A DNA stretch of 64,000 bases from Bdellovibrionota bacterium (lineage in GTDB: Bacteria; Bdellovibrionota_C; UBA2361; JAAYZI01): contig JBMNIF010000002.1 in NCBI GenBank assembly GCA_050950765.1, forward strand, positions 576,001-640,000, given 5' to 3'. This document shows positions 20,024-30,914 of this stretch, in pieces. A program made the translations under genes and the position numbers. The notes beneath the pieces are model-generated. The model had not been told where the DNA came from and made no database searches. It saw only the letters and a program-made list of their open reading frames with translations. Every line of letters starts with the position of its first letter. The first letter of the stretch is position 1.

Positions 20024-20953
20024 ATGGAAAAACACGCAAAAACTATTATTCTCGGATCGGGGCCTGCTGGGCTAACGGCAGCTATCTATGCTGCTAGGGG
20101 TCGCCTAAAACCCCTCCTCTTTGAAGGTCCTCAAATAGGAGGGCAACTTGCCGCCACCTCTGAGATAGAAAATTTCCCTGGTTTCCCTGACGGGATTTCT
20201 GGTTATGACCTCTCGGAGCTTTTTAAAAAACAGGCTCTTAAATTTGGAACTGAGATAGTTTCAGACACAGTCACGGCTGTTGATCTTTTAACTCATCCTT
20301 TTACCATACGCACCACTACTGACACTACCTTTAGTTGCGATTCATTGATTATAGCTTGCGGATCAGGCAAGCGGCTCTGGGGCATTGCAGGAGAAACTGA
20401 ACTTTTCGGTTACGGAGTTTCAACGTGTGCTACATGTGACGGTGCTTTCTTTAAAGATGTGCCTGTGGCTGTGATAGGAGGCGGTAATTCTGCTTGTAAG
20501 GAAGCTCTCTTCTTAACCCGTTTTGCTTCAAAAGTTTTTATTATTAATCAAAGTGATTCATTTGAAGCTTTACCTGATACGCTTCATAGTATCAATGAAA
20601 ATAGTAAAATTGAACCTATTTTTGAGACACGTGTCACAAAAATAAACGGCACCAAAGCCGCAGGGGTGACATCAATTGAGGTCGTAAACGACAAGTTAAA
20701 GAGCACTAAAACTTTGGAATGCGCCGCTGTTTTTATTGCTAGCGGTTATAAACCGAATTCAGAACTTTTTATAAATCAACTGGAACTTGATGAAAAAGGG
20801 TATATTATTACAAAGCCTGACTCCACAGCTACTAATATAGATGGCGTTTTTGCTTGTGGTGATATCCGCCTTGCTAACCTTCATCAAGTAGCAACAGCAG
20901 TTGGAAGCGGCTGTTTAGCTGCACTTGAAGTTGAAAAGTGGTTAAAACACTAA
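20024..20953 (+). CDS. trxB: Thioredoxin reductase-like flavoprotein
   Basis: 'GSGPAGLTAAIY', 'ENFPGF', 'CATCDG', 'GGGNSA', 'VFACGD'. Confidence 0.88.
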   Translation: MEKHAKTIILGSGPAGLTAAIYAARGRLKPLLFEGPQIGGQLAATSEIENFPGFPDGISGYDLSELFKKQALKFGTEIVSDTVTAVDLLTHPFTIRTTTDTTFSCDSLIIACGSGKRLWGIAGETELFGYGVSTCATCDGAFFKDVPVAVIGGGNSACKEALFLTRFASKVFIINQSDSFEALPDTLHSINENSKIEPIFETRVTKINGTKAAGVTSIEVVNDKLKSTKTLECAAVFIASGYKPNSELFINQLELDEKGYIITKPDSTATNIDGVFACGDIRLANLHQVATAVGSGCLAALEVEKWLKH

Positions 20954-20977
20954 TAGGAAATTGATAGCAAATTACGA

Positions 20978-21011
20978 AGGTAGCCAAAGCATTTTTTTAC
21001 TTTGGCTACCT
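20978..21011. terminator. Hairpin between convergent trxB and atpE
   Basis: AGGTAGCCAAAG...CTTTGGCTACCT 12-bp stem. Confidence 0.6.
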
Positions 21012-21046
21012 AAGTAAAGAGATACAACTTGTATCTTAATCGTATC

Positions 21047-21361
21047 TTATAATTTTATGAAAGCTATAACGAATCCGAGAATAACTAGGGATTCAACTAA
21101 CGCCAAACCTATAATCATAGCCGTTTGAATTTTGCCTGCGATAGACGGGTTTCTCCCCATAGCTTCTACACTGGCAATAATAGCACGCCCCTGTGCATAG
21201 GTACCACTAATGATAGCTATACTCATTAACCCCGCGATAGCAAACGGTGTCGTCCAGTCGGGACTACTTTCAGCAGCAGTTTCAGCCTCTGCTAATGCTA
21301 ACGGTGCAAACGTCAACAAAGCGGTTAAAGAAGCAACAATGCCTAAAAGATATTTTTTCAT
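21047..21361 (-). CDS. atpE: ATP synthase F0 subunit c with signal-peptide-like N-terminal extension
   Basis: 'GRNP' loop and 'GLALVESL' carboxylate; start placed at MKKYLL. Confidence 0.9.
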   Translation of the reverse strand: MKKYLLGIVASLTALLTFAPLALAEAETAAESSPDWTTPFAIAGLMSIAIISGTYAQGRAIIASVEAMGRNPSIAGKIQTAMIIGLALVESLVILGFVIAFIKL

Positions 21362-21414
21362 CTTCAATCCTCTATTCATAAAAAACCCCTCCGCTTTATT
21401 GCGACGGGAAAAAA

Positions 21415-22131
21415 TCATTCCTCTTCAGAATGTTGTACAGCAAGTTGTATATAAATCATTGTCAGCGTTGTAAAAACAAATGCTTGAACAAACGCTACAA
21501 AGGCACCAAGAAAATACGCCGCTACCCCTAGTAATGGATATATCTCCATAAAAACTGACATGATAATATGATCAGCAGAGATGTTCCAGTAAAGACGTAA
21601 ATTCAAAGTTAAAACTCTTAAGCAGGTACTAATAGCCTCGATCACAAATATCAATGGCGCTAATGCTAAAATCGGTCCACCAAAGTGTTTTAAATACCCG
21701 ATTAATCCGTTTACTTTAACTCCGAGATAATTAAAGTAACAGAAAACGACTAGCGCCACGCCGATATTAACTGCAACTGTTGTTGTAATCGCCGCCATAC
21801 CGGGGATAAGACCGAGTAAATTAGCTGAAAGTAAAAAGAGAAAGACACTGCCGCAAAACGGAGCGTACTTTCTATTTTCAACACCTAAGATAGTGTCTTG
21901 ATAGTGAACGAAGGTTTCAACAAAAAAATCAAAAAATCCGACAAGTGAAAATTTTTTTGGTACAATATACCTTTCTCTTTTTGATACACTTGAAACACGA
22001 CCATAAGCGAGAGCTGCCATAAGAAATAAAAACAGCGCCAACAAAACAGCAGAGACAAACTTCTGCCTGATAGGATCGTCAATAATAGTACCTATAAAAG
22101 TAAAATGATCGTGCATAAATTTCTCAACCAC
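21415..22131 (-). CDS. atpB: ATP synthase F0 subunit a
   Basis: 'NLLGLIPG', 'LNLRLYWNISADH', 'VQAFVFTTLT'. Confidence 0.92.
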   Translation of the reverse strand: MVEKFMHDHFTFIGTIIDDPIRQKFVSAVLLALFLFLMAALAYGRVSSVSKRERYIVPKKFSLVGFFDFFVETFVHYQDTILGVENRKYAPFCGSVFLFLLSANLLGLIPGMAAITTTVAVNIGVALVVFCYFNYLGVKVNGLIGYLKHFGGPILALAPLIFVIEAISTCLRVLTLNLRLYWNISADHIIMSVFMEIYPLLGVAAYFLGAFVAFVQAFVFTTLTMIYIQLAVQHSEEE

Positions 22132-23010
22132 TACAACTTAGTAGATTCAGAAACTAGCCAAAAAACCGCAAAAACAACATTAACTAATATTTCCGAGACA
22201 CTAATTTTTATTAACGGTATAACACCAAAAACAAGCTGGCACATGCTAACAAATTTAATATCTTAGATAAAGGCTAGTTTTTTATAAAAGGGTGTAATTA
22301 TAACAATGTTACAAAAGAAAAAGAGCGCTTCCTTTTGCCTTTGTAAGTAATCAATTTTATAAATTTTACCCTTTCCTTTTTCGCTTTTGAGGGATCCCTT
22401 ACTTTAGGTAACTTGTAGTAAGTTTTTTTTTCTTTTCATAAACGCTTATTTTTAATAGCAATGCCGTGCGGATAATTTTTTTTTTCAAACTAACCCTTGT
22501 TTTTTAATTTTCTAATACGATAAATACAAAAGTCTGCGCCTGAATAGATAACAGGTTATAAAAAATTCTCTTAAGTAGAATAGAACTAATTTTTATTATG
22601 TTTTTGTGTTCACGTTTTTATATTTGGGTCGGGTGTGGCAGTCGGATCATTTTATGACGTTACATTAGACGGGTAAGATAGTGTGGCGTTTCATATCTTC
22701 GTGTTTTGTTTTTACTGTTTTTACATAACGTAGTTGGTAACAGATTTTTAAGATATTTTTAAAACAAAGAAGATCCGTAGCTGCGAGAAAGTTATATGTA
22801 TTTAGGCTGATCTAATCTGCTTTACTTATTAAAGGGGAAAATCACCTTTAATCTAGCAACACTATTTTGCTGTAATATCTGGTTGTGAGGTTTTGTTGTA
22901 ATATTATTTGAAGATTGCTTGGTCATAAATAACTATAACTTTAAGTGTATAAGGGGGGGGGTTATCCCTTAGTGTTAGGCTAAGTGGATAATTTAAAGGA
23001 GTAATTAGGA

Positions 23011-24432
23011 ATGAAGGGGTCAAGCATCAGTTTAGCACTGGATCTGTCTGCACCGAGTTGGCCTGCTCAATGTTGGGAAATGGGGTTAGCTGTTTTAAAA
23101 GCAGAGTTAGATCCTCAGATCTTTGCTGCTTATATTCAACCACTTAAATTTAGTTCCTACGATGAAAAAACTTTTGAATGCACCGTTCTTGCTCCGTCTA
23201 AATTAGTTTGTAGACACGTTATAGATAATTTTAAAGATAAAATTACGCAGGCACTCTCTGCTCAGTCAGGAATTCCAGATCTAGTTATAAATTTTACAGT
23301 TGATGATTCGGCAACGCTCTTTGACTCTAACACTCGCACTAGCCCCTATGTTGTTGTAAAACGTTATAAGGCAAAGGAGGACTCTAAGCCTATTGTTAAC
23401 CCAACGCCACTAACGATAGATCCGAAATATACCTTTGATAATTTCGTGGTCGGAAACAGTAATCAGTTTTGTCACGCTGCTGCCATGCGAGTAGCTGAAG
23501 CCCCTGGGTGTCATTACAATCCCCTCTTTATATATAGCGGTGTAGGTCTCGGTAAAACTCACCTCCTACACGCTATCGGAAATGCAGTCTTAAAAAAGAA
23601 TCCTAGTGCTAAAGTTTTGTATACATCTTCTGAAGCGTTTACAAATGAACTGATTCAATCGTTACGACTTGGAACGATGGAGCTCTTTAAAAATAAGATG
23701 CGCGGTATGGATCTGTTACTAATAGACGACATCCAGTTCTTGTGTGGCAAAGAGCGTACTCAAGAGGAGTTTTTCCACACCTTTAACGCCTTATACGGAG
23801 CTAAACATCAGATAGTTATTACATCCGATAAGTTGCCACAAGAGATCCCAGATTTAGAAGAGCGCTTAAGAACTCGCTTTTCTTGGGGCTTAACTGCAGA
23901 TTTACAAGCTCCTGATTTTGAAACGAGAATGGCGATTTTAAATAGAAAAGCAGCCGTTGACGGCTTTACATTACCGATTAATGTCAGCGCTTTAATTGCA
24001 GAACGGATCTCTTCAAACGTAAGAGAGCTTGAAGGCGCTTTAACACGTTTAAACGCTGTAAGTAGTTTACGTAATGTACCGATTACGGAAGACTTAGCAT
24101 ATTCTGCTTTACGTGATTTATTGGAACCTAAATATATTAACCTTAGTGTTGATGATATTAAAAAAGCTGTTTGCACTCACTTTAATTTAAAAGTTTCAGA
24201 TCTTGTTTCAAAACGAAGAACTAGAAACATCGCATATCCACGTCATATCGCCATGTTCCTTTGTAGAAAACACACCCCCGCCTCTTATCCTGAGATAGGT
24301 TCTAAGTTCGGCGGAAGAGATCACTCCAGTGTTATTCACGCTACAAATGTGATTTCAACCAAGATACAGAGCGATCATGAAACAAAAACCGCCGTTGAAG
24401 GTATTGAGAAAGCGTTGTTGGGAGTAAGATAG
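23011..24432 (+). CDS. dnaA: Chromosomal replication initiator
   Basis: 'YNPLFIYSGVGLGKTHL', 'DDIQFL', 'RELEGAL', 'FGGRDHSSV'. Confidence 0.98.
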   Translation: MKGSSISLALDLSAPSWPAQCWEMGLAVLKAELDPQIFAAYIQPLKFSSYDEKTFECTVLAPSKLVCRHVIDNFKDKITQALSAQSGIPDLVINFTVDDSATLFDSNTRTSPYVVVKRYKAKEDSKPIVNPTPLTIDPKYTFDNFVVGNSNQFCHAAAMRVAEAPGCHYNPLFIYSGVGLGKTHLLHAIGNAVLKKNPSAKVLYTSSEAFTNELIQSLRLGTMELFKNKMRGMDLLLIDDIQFLCGKERTQEEFFHTFNALYGAKHQIVITSDKLPQEIPDLEERLRTRFSWGLTADLQAPDFETRMAILNRKAAVDGFTLPINVSALIAERISSNVRELEGALTRLNAVSSLRNVPITEDLAYSALRDLLEPKYINLSVDDIKKAVCTHFNLKVSDLVSKRRTRNIAYPRHIAMFLCRKHTPASYPEIGSKFGGRDHSSVIHATNVISTKIQSDHETKTAVEGIEKALLGVR

Positions 24433-24624
24433 TTTTTCACTAAAGAAGGAAGTTATAAAGTCTTTAACACCGTATACAAAAGCGTGTGTTAAGGCTTTAC
24501 GCCCCTTTAAATTACACCCTTTACAGGCAAGGGGAGATCTGCTGCTTTTTTTACCTCACACTAAACCTAACAAAAAGGGCTCCTCTCACTCCTCGCAATA
24601 ACCTTACTGCCTTGCCTGAGCTTT

Positions 24625-24867
24625 TTACCTTACACTAAACCTAACAAAAGGGCTCCACTCACTCCTCGCAATAACCTTCCTACCCTGTTTTAACGTAACC
24701 CTATAACGCACCTGATAAAGTCCTCTAAAGACCTTGCTTTTATAACGTGGATGTAAAGTTTTCAGCTCTATCGTTTTTAAAATATCTCTATTTGAAAATC
24801 TTTTTAAGGTTAGTTCATAAATAACTTTAACTTTAGCAGGCTTAAACTTAGCATCATCAATCTGCAA
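24625..24867 (-). pseudogene. Detached 3' end of the RCC1-repeat gene (split by IS)
   Basis: Removing the IS and one target copy joins ...RRSCLQ to IDDAKFKPAKV...SPFVRFSVR* in frame. Confidence 0.85.
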
Positions 24868-26695
24868 CCTAAATTCCGCAATTTTTATCTTTTCTCCATT
24901 CCAGAAATAAGCCACCGTATTTTTTATTGATATTTTAGTTAGTTATATATTTTTCTATATTGACATTTCCTGTTTGTATGGTATGATTGCCCTATACATA
25001 TTAGGGAGGTTTTTTATGAAAAAAATAACTAAAAAAGTTGACTTACCAGATAGGCAAATTGCTCGTAAGAAAAACAAAAATGGGACTACTTATATCTATT
25101 ACAGGATGAACTTTCGTCGTGAAAATGGAGAGCCTACGTTTGATGAAATAGGTATAGGGAAGCTAGATGAAAGCGGTAAGAAATTAATTCCTAATAGAAA
25201 TTACTATGATTTGTTTCCAGATGATTCTAATAGATATGTTATTAGCAATAAATCTTTTGGTCTTACTTATGTTTTAAATAAGATTGTAAAAGATTTAAGG
25301 TTAGACAAGACATTGCTTTCAATTTTTGGAAATGACACATACGAGATTTTAACTTTAGCGTTTTATATTCTAGCAAATGGAAATGTAGTATCACATGCTT
25401 CAAGTTGGATAGATGATAGTGTCTTACCATATGAAATTTCTGAATTAACAAGTCAAAAAATAAGTCGTCTTTTTGAACGTATTGACTACGAGAAAAGACT
25501 TAATTTTTTTAAGAAATGGACGAAGCGATATTTAGCTCAAGAATGTTGGTATTATGACGTAACTTCCATATCTTCTTATAGTAAAAAAATAAGCATATTG
25601 GAGTTTGGCTATAATAGGGATATGGATAAATTGCCGCAAATAAATATAGGTATGTGCTACGGCTCTACAACGAAGCTTCCTTTATTCTATCAAGTTTATA
25701 ATGGCAGCATTACAGATAAGACATATTTTAGTTTTCTTTTAAGAGACTTTCCATTTATTAGTCTTAATAATCGTATTAACCTTGTTACGGATCAAGGTTT
25801 TGTGACGCAAGATAATTTAGCGGAAGTAGCAAATGAAGAAGGGCAAAAGTTTGGACTACTTTGTCCTTTGCCACTATATTGGAATGACGCTAAAAGAATA
25901 TTAGAAAATCACACTGCACTTATTAAGCAAGATGCTAATTATATAAAAGGAACCTCTACTTTTGGTTGTTCTGTAATAGATACTGTTATGGGACAACCTG
26001 TAAAGATTTATGTTTATTACAATATGGGAAAGGCGCCATATGAGATAGTTCAATTTTACGAGAAAATTTCTAGAATGGAAGAAGAGTTAGAAGAACTGAA
26101 AAAATTAAAATACTCTTTGCTGGATCGTAAAAAATATAGGAAATATTTTGATATTAAAATAAATGAAGATGGTTTCACTTATGAAAAAAAATCAGAAGCT
26201 ATAGATGAATACTTGAGAAATTGTGGCTTCTTAATTTTGATTGGTATTGGTTGTGATTCAAATCCGAGTGAAGCACTTTTTCGTTATCGTCAAAAAGATG
26301 TAATTGAAAAACAATTTTTCCAGCTAAAAAATGAAATTGATTTTAGAAGACTTAAAACACATAATCTTCAAACCACAGAAGGAAAACTTTTTGTTGGATT
26401 TTTAGCTCTTATACTTAGAAGTTATATTCTTAATTTACTTAAAAATGATACAAGGCAAAAAAAGTTTAATATACCTGATGTCATTAAAGAGCTTCAAAAA
26501 ATTAAAGTTATAGAAACTAAAAATGGCAGTAAATTAATGGTTCCGTTAACAAAAAAACAAAAGGATATTTTGAAAATTTTCAATATTGAAGAAGATGACT
26601 TTCTAAAAAGTATTTTTAAGAAAAAGTAAGATTATACCGCTCGAAAGCTACCTTTAAAAACACGTTTGTATGGTATAATTTCGCGGGAATTCAGG
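24868..26695 (+). mobile_element. IS1634-family insertion sequence (1828 bp)
   Basis: Terminal IRs CCTAAATTCC / GGAATTCAGG; 6-bp direct repeat CTGCAA at 24862-24867 and 26696-26701; single transposase; AT-rich. Confidence 0.9.
25016..26629 (+). CDS. IS1634-family DDE transposase
   Basis: 'YYDVTSISSYS', 'FGYNRD..KLPQINI', 'VTDQGF', 'YRQKDVIEKQF..LKN', 'GKLFVGFLALI'; RBS GGGAGG before MKKITKK. Confidence 0.9.
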   Translation: MKKITKKVDLPDRQIARKKNKNGTTYIYYRMNFRRENGEPTFDEIGIGKLDESGKKLIPNRNYYDLFPDDSNRYVISNKSFGLTYVLNKIVKDLRLDKTLLSIFGNDTYEILTLAFYILANGNVVSHASSWIDDSVLPYEISELTSQKISRLFERIDYEKRLNFFKKWTKRYLAQECWYYDVTSISSYSKKISILEFGYNRDMDKLPQINIGMCYGSTTKLPLFYQVYNGSITDKTYFSFLLRDFPFISLNNRINLVTDQGFVTQDNLAEVANEEGQKFGLLCPLPLYWNDAKRILENHTALIKQDANYIKGTSTFGCSVIDTVMGQPVKIYVYYNMGKAPYEIVQFYEKISRMEEELEELKKLKYSLLDRKKYRKYFDIKINEDGFTYEKKSEAIDEYLRNCGFLILIGIGCDSNPSEALFRYRQKDVIEKQFFQLKNEIDFRRLKTHNLQTTEGKLFVGFLALILRSYILNLLKNDTRQKKFNIPDVIKELQKIKVIETKNGSKLMVPLTKKQKDILKIFNIEEDDFLKSIFKKK

Positions 26696-29600
26696 CTGCA
26701 AACAAGATCTCCTTAGCGCCGCTACATTAACTTTATTCATCTTGATGGTAGTGCGTCTTCTTTTGACAGAAACCCTTAAAGCAAGGTTAAAACACTCTTC
26801 ATCACTTGTAGGCGTAGGAGAAACCGTCGGCGTTGAAGTCACACTCGGAGTTTCTACGGGAGTTGAGGTAATGCTCGGAGTCGGTGTAGGAGAAGGTAAA
26901 GGATCGATCACACCGTCTTTACAATTTACAATGCCATCTTGATCATAATCACCGTTACAGATGTCATAAATAGGCACTCCGGCGATCTCTCCTATTTTAC
27001 AACTATCGGTATCTCTCTTCGGATCTCCTGCTAAATCTGTAAAGTTACAACCACACACTCCCTCTTCTGTCCTTAACGGATCTTCAGGGCACTCCTCTTC
27101 GCAATCGTTTGCTCCATCTCCATCTTCATCGATCCCTTCATCAGTAAGCCCGTCACAGTCGTTATCTATTTCATCACAAATTTCTACTCCTTGCGCATCC
27201 CAATTTATCTCTGCATTACAGACGACCTCACTTGAATGACTCTCACCATCGCAGATATATACCCCTTGAGAAGCACAAGCGCCTTTTCCCACAGAGCAGA
27301 CGTTTCCTAAATCTTCGTATGCAGGAAAAACTGCATCACTTGAACAAGGCGGAGGATCTGCCTCACACGTTGAAGCTACAAGTCCGGCATTTTCGCAGTG
27401 AAAGTGAGGCTCGCAATCGAGATCGTCTCTACACGTTACACAATCAACTTGAGGCGTACCACCATCTGCGCAGAGCCCCTGCGCTAAAAAATTAGCGGTT
27501 CTAGCGCCCCGTACAACTCCACTTAATACACTCTCTTCTTCTCCTTGTACCTTAAATGATAAGCCGCTTTTTTTAACTTTTATCGCATAAGGCTTGCCAT
27601 AAGGAGCCATAATTGAATACCTTCCATTTGCAACAGTTATCATACCTCCTAAAGTATCGGCAGAAATTGTTGCTCCCGAGATAGGGGTCATCCCATCCGC
27701 TGCTAAAACAAGCCCTGATATCTCATAAGGTCTCGGCACTAGCTCCGGCGCTGGAACGATATAATCTGGCTTTCCTGTTTGTCCATAATTATCACTTCCC
27801 CAACAATAAACTTGATTATGAGCGATAGCACAGGTATGCCCCGATCCACATCCAACATCACTTACATTTATTAACTTATCTTCACCATTAGGACCGATTA
27901 CTGTTACAGGGATAGTGTTACTATTAGTAAATGTACCATTCCCGAGTTGCCCATAAGTATTGCTGCCCCAACATTTTAAAATATTTCTTCCCGTCTCTTC
28001 TACTATGGCACAATAATGACTATCGCCTGCTGCTATTTTTTTTACATTTGTTAATCCAGCAACAGCAACAGGCCGTCTATTGGTGTTACCAAAAGCAACA
28101 ACCGTTCCATCTTCTTTTAAAGCAATGGTCGCATTGTTACTCCCTGCTGCTGCTATCTCTTTTACATTTGAAAGAGGCGTTGCATCATTATCAACAATAA
28201 TAGTTGCAGGACGTAGACTCCCTTTAACGTTATTATCATCTGTTTGATTGCCTAAGTAATATTCGGAATTGCCCCAACACTTCACTGTTTTATCATTCAT
28301 CAGAGCACAGGTGTGCCTTGAACCTTTTGATACAGAAAGAGCACCCTTTAAAGGGTTTTCAGGATCTAGATAACTAGCTCTATCTTGAACTAAAACAGGA
28401 ACTGCCGATCGTCTATCAGAAGTTGATATCTCTCCTTTTTCGTTAGGTCTATTTCTAAACCCAAACTCTTGATTGCCAAGTTGCCCATACATATTACGAC
28501 CCCAGCACGCTATTTTCCCTTCATCACCAGATAAAATAACGCAGCTGCCAGTATGTGAACTTTGCCTAGAAATATGGCCTTCAAGTTTTTGAGTTTCCCC
28601 ACCTATCCCTTTTGCATAAACGGGATATGAATAAGAAATGCCCCCGTCGTTTCCAAGCTCGCCATACGTACCACAACCGAAACAAACGGCATGGTTAAGT
28701 TCTTCTTCTTCACCTATTTTAAAACACGGACTTTGCCCAGCTCCTGCACCTTTGATATTTGAAAGCTCTCCAACTCCTTCAAAACCCTTTACGTAGATAG
28801 CGCGACTAATAGTTTCGCAAAAAGATCCAAACGCTATCCCCTTACTTTCATTTGTAAGTAAAATTGTAGAGCTTTGTCCTGCAAAGATCTTTTTTGGAGT
28901 ACTATTTCGTAAATAATAATCATTAGGAAGGGTAGCAAGCTTAGGATAGGGACTCGTAACATAATCCCCATTTGCAAGCTCTCCTGAATTATTATTTCCC
29001 CACGCATAAAGCCAACCATCCTCTGTAATTGCAGCATAACTTCCATTTGATTCTTCAAGGTCGATGATATTAGTGTTCTCAGGAAATGCTATCTCCGTAT
29101 CATCAGAATTTAATACTCTGCCATCCAAAGTAAGAAAAATCGGTGCCCCGCTACCACCACTTGCGGCAATGTCTTTTATATCGCTTTTAACAGGTACCAT
29201 CTGACGATTCATGCCCCAAACAGCCACCTGATTATTATTTTTTAATGAGGTAAAAAGATTAACACTTCCGTTGCCATAGATTTTTGCGTGTCCTGAACCA
29301 AGTGCAGTAGCAAGACTGGGTAAAGGGTTGATAGAATTATTAGATGTATAAACACCATTTCCAAGATAGCCGTGTATCCCATTCCCCCAACAATAAATAT
29401 TAGTATCACTACCTATCGCACACGTTGTGCTAGCTCCTGCTGTCGCTATATCAACAATATTTGAAAGGTTCTCATCGGGTGCAAGAGATCTCTTTACAAT
29501 TACAGGAACTTGGCTTCTTGTGGTCGTACCATCTCCTAGTTGTCCAAAATTGTTAAACCCCCACGCATAAACATTGCCAGTGTTAGTTAAAGCAACTACA

Positions 29601-30196
29601 TGATAATAACCACTGGCAGATAATTTTAAAAACCTATGACTCCCTGCAAAGAGTACCTTTACTGCTTTTCTTGATGTTACATTACTATTATTACCTAGTT
29701 GTCCATAATAGTTATATCCCCAACACCACACTTCATCTTCGCTTGCTTTCTCTACAATTGCACAAACATGACTTACCCCTGCGGAGATATATTTTACATC
29801 TGTAAGTAATGAGGTTGTGCCTGTTACAAGTACATCTACCGGCACAGATGATAATTGCTTGTTAGTACCATCGCCTAATTGTCCGTAGTTATTGGCACCC
29901 CAACACTTAACACTTCCTCTGGCACGCTCATCAAGATAACCATTAGTTGAAATGAGTGCGCAAAAATACGAGCCTCCCCCTGAAACTTGTACTACATTTG
30001 AAAGCGCTGTTTCAGGAGTTTGAGAAAAAGCAAGATTGGTAAAAAAGACATTGGTAAAAACTAGAGAAAGTAAAATAAAAAATTCTCTTAACCTATCTCC
30101 TTGTTTATTTAAAATATCTTTCCACTTAGAAAGACCATTACTAAATGCTATTGTTGTATTTGTTAAATCTCTGTTATTCATCAAAATCCTCGCCAC
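26696..30196 (-). pseudogene. Large exported RCC1/BLIP-II repeat protein with Cys/Asp-rich Ca-binding-type repeats and Pro/Thr linker; C-terminus interrupted by IS (ORF reads into IS to stop at 26654)
   Basis: Many 'CWG.N.YGQLG' repeats, 'EICDEIDNDCDGLTDEG', 'CPEDPLRTEEGVCGC', 'PTPTPS' linker, N-terminal hydrophobic signal. Confidence 0.85.
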
Positions 30197-30359
30197 CCCT
30201 AAGATTCGGCTATATAATGAAAATACTTAACCTATTTTAATTTATCTTGATAGATCTTTAAGATGCTTACCATGCCTCTCATGAAAGTTGTCTTTAACTT
30301 ATCACCATACTCTCTACTTAAACAGGAGCTTTTTCTCTTATTAATTTTTAATAAATTTA

Positions 30360-30745
30360 CCTTGTGGATGTTGTAAAAGTTTTCCCAGAATGCGATAAAT
30401 CTCGGTGCAAAGTTTCTCACTCGCATTCAATTTATAAGAGATGCACGCTGTTAATAACAACAGGAGGTGTTTCCTTTTTCTGTGGATATCGTATCCAACT
30501 CGTTGTTTATACTCAATATTTTTCGGTAAAAGCTGTTGATAAGTTATTAACTTTTTGGGTAGAGTTGTAAAAGTTTGTATACGTTTTGTCTCAGTTTGGT
30601 AAAAAGTGCTTTTTTAAAGACAACTTATTCCACATTATTTACAAAGACATTTTCTTTTATTTATAAATCGTTATGGTAGTTATAAACAGTTTTTTTGTGT
30701 ACTACTACTATTACTATATATATCTATTAATATAATAATAGGAAG
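30360..30745. other. Probable oriC (DnaA boxes, DnaA-trios, AT-rich DUE) upstream of dnaN
   Basis: Box-like 9-mers at 30449, 30481 (TGTGGATAT), 30534 (TGTTGATAA), 30626, 30635, 30680; TACTACTACTATTACTA trio tract at 30700-30716 followed by an AT-rich run. Confidence 0.7.
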
Positions 30746-30914
30746 GAGGGTTGTTTTTTAAATAGAAAAAAATTTGTTAGTAAGAGTAAATTATTACCTT
30801 TATAGATTCTAAATAATGTAAAAATATTTGGTTTATAAAAGAGATTATTTTTACTTGAATTTATACCCCTCATGTATGTAAAACTAATATGTTCTAAATG
30901 TATTAACTTTTTAA

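Noticed and set aside
22404..22439. rpmH divergent from dnaA
   Set aside because: Minus-strand ORF starts MKRKK but stops after 11 codons with no L34 similarity
24551..24690. DGR template/variable repeat pair
   Set aside because: Differences are not adenine-specific, include an indel, and there is no reverse transcriptase
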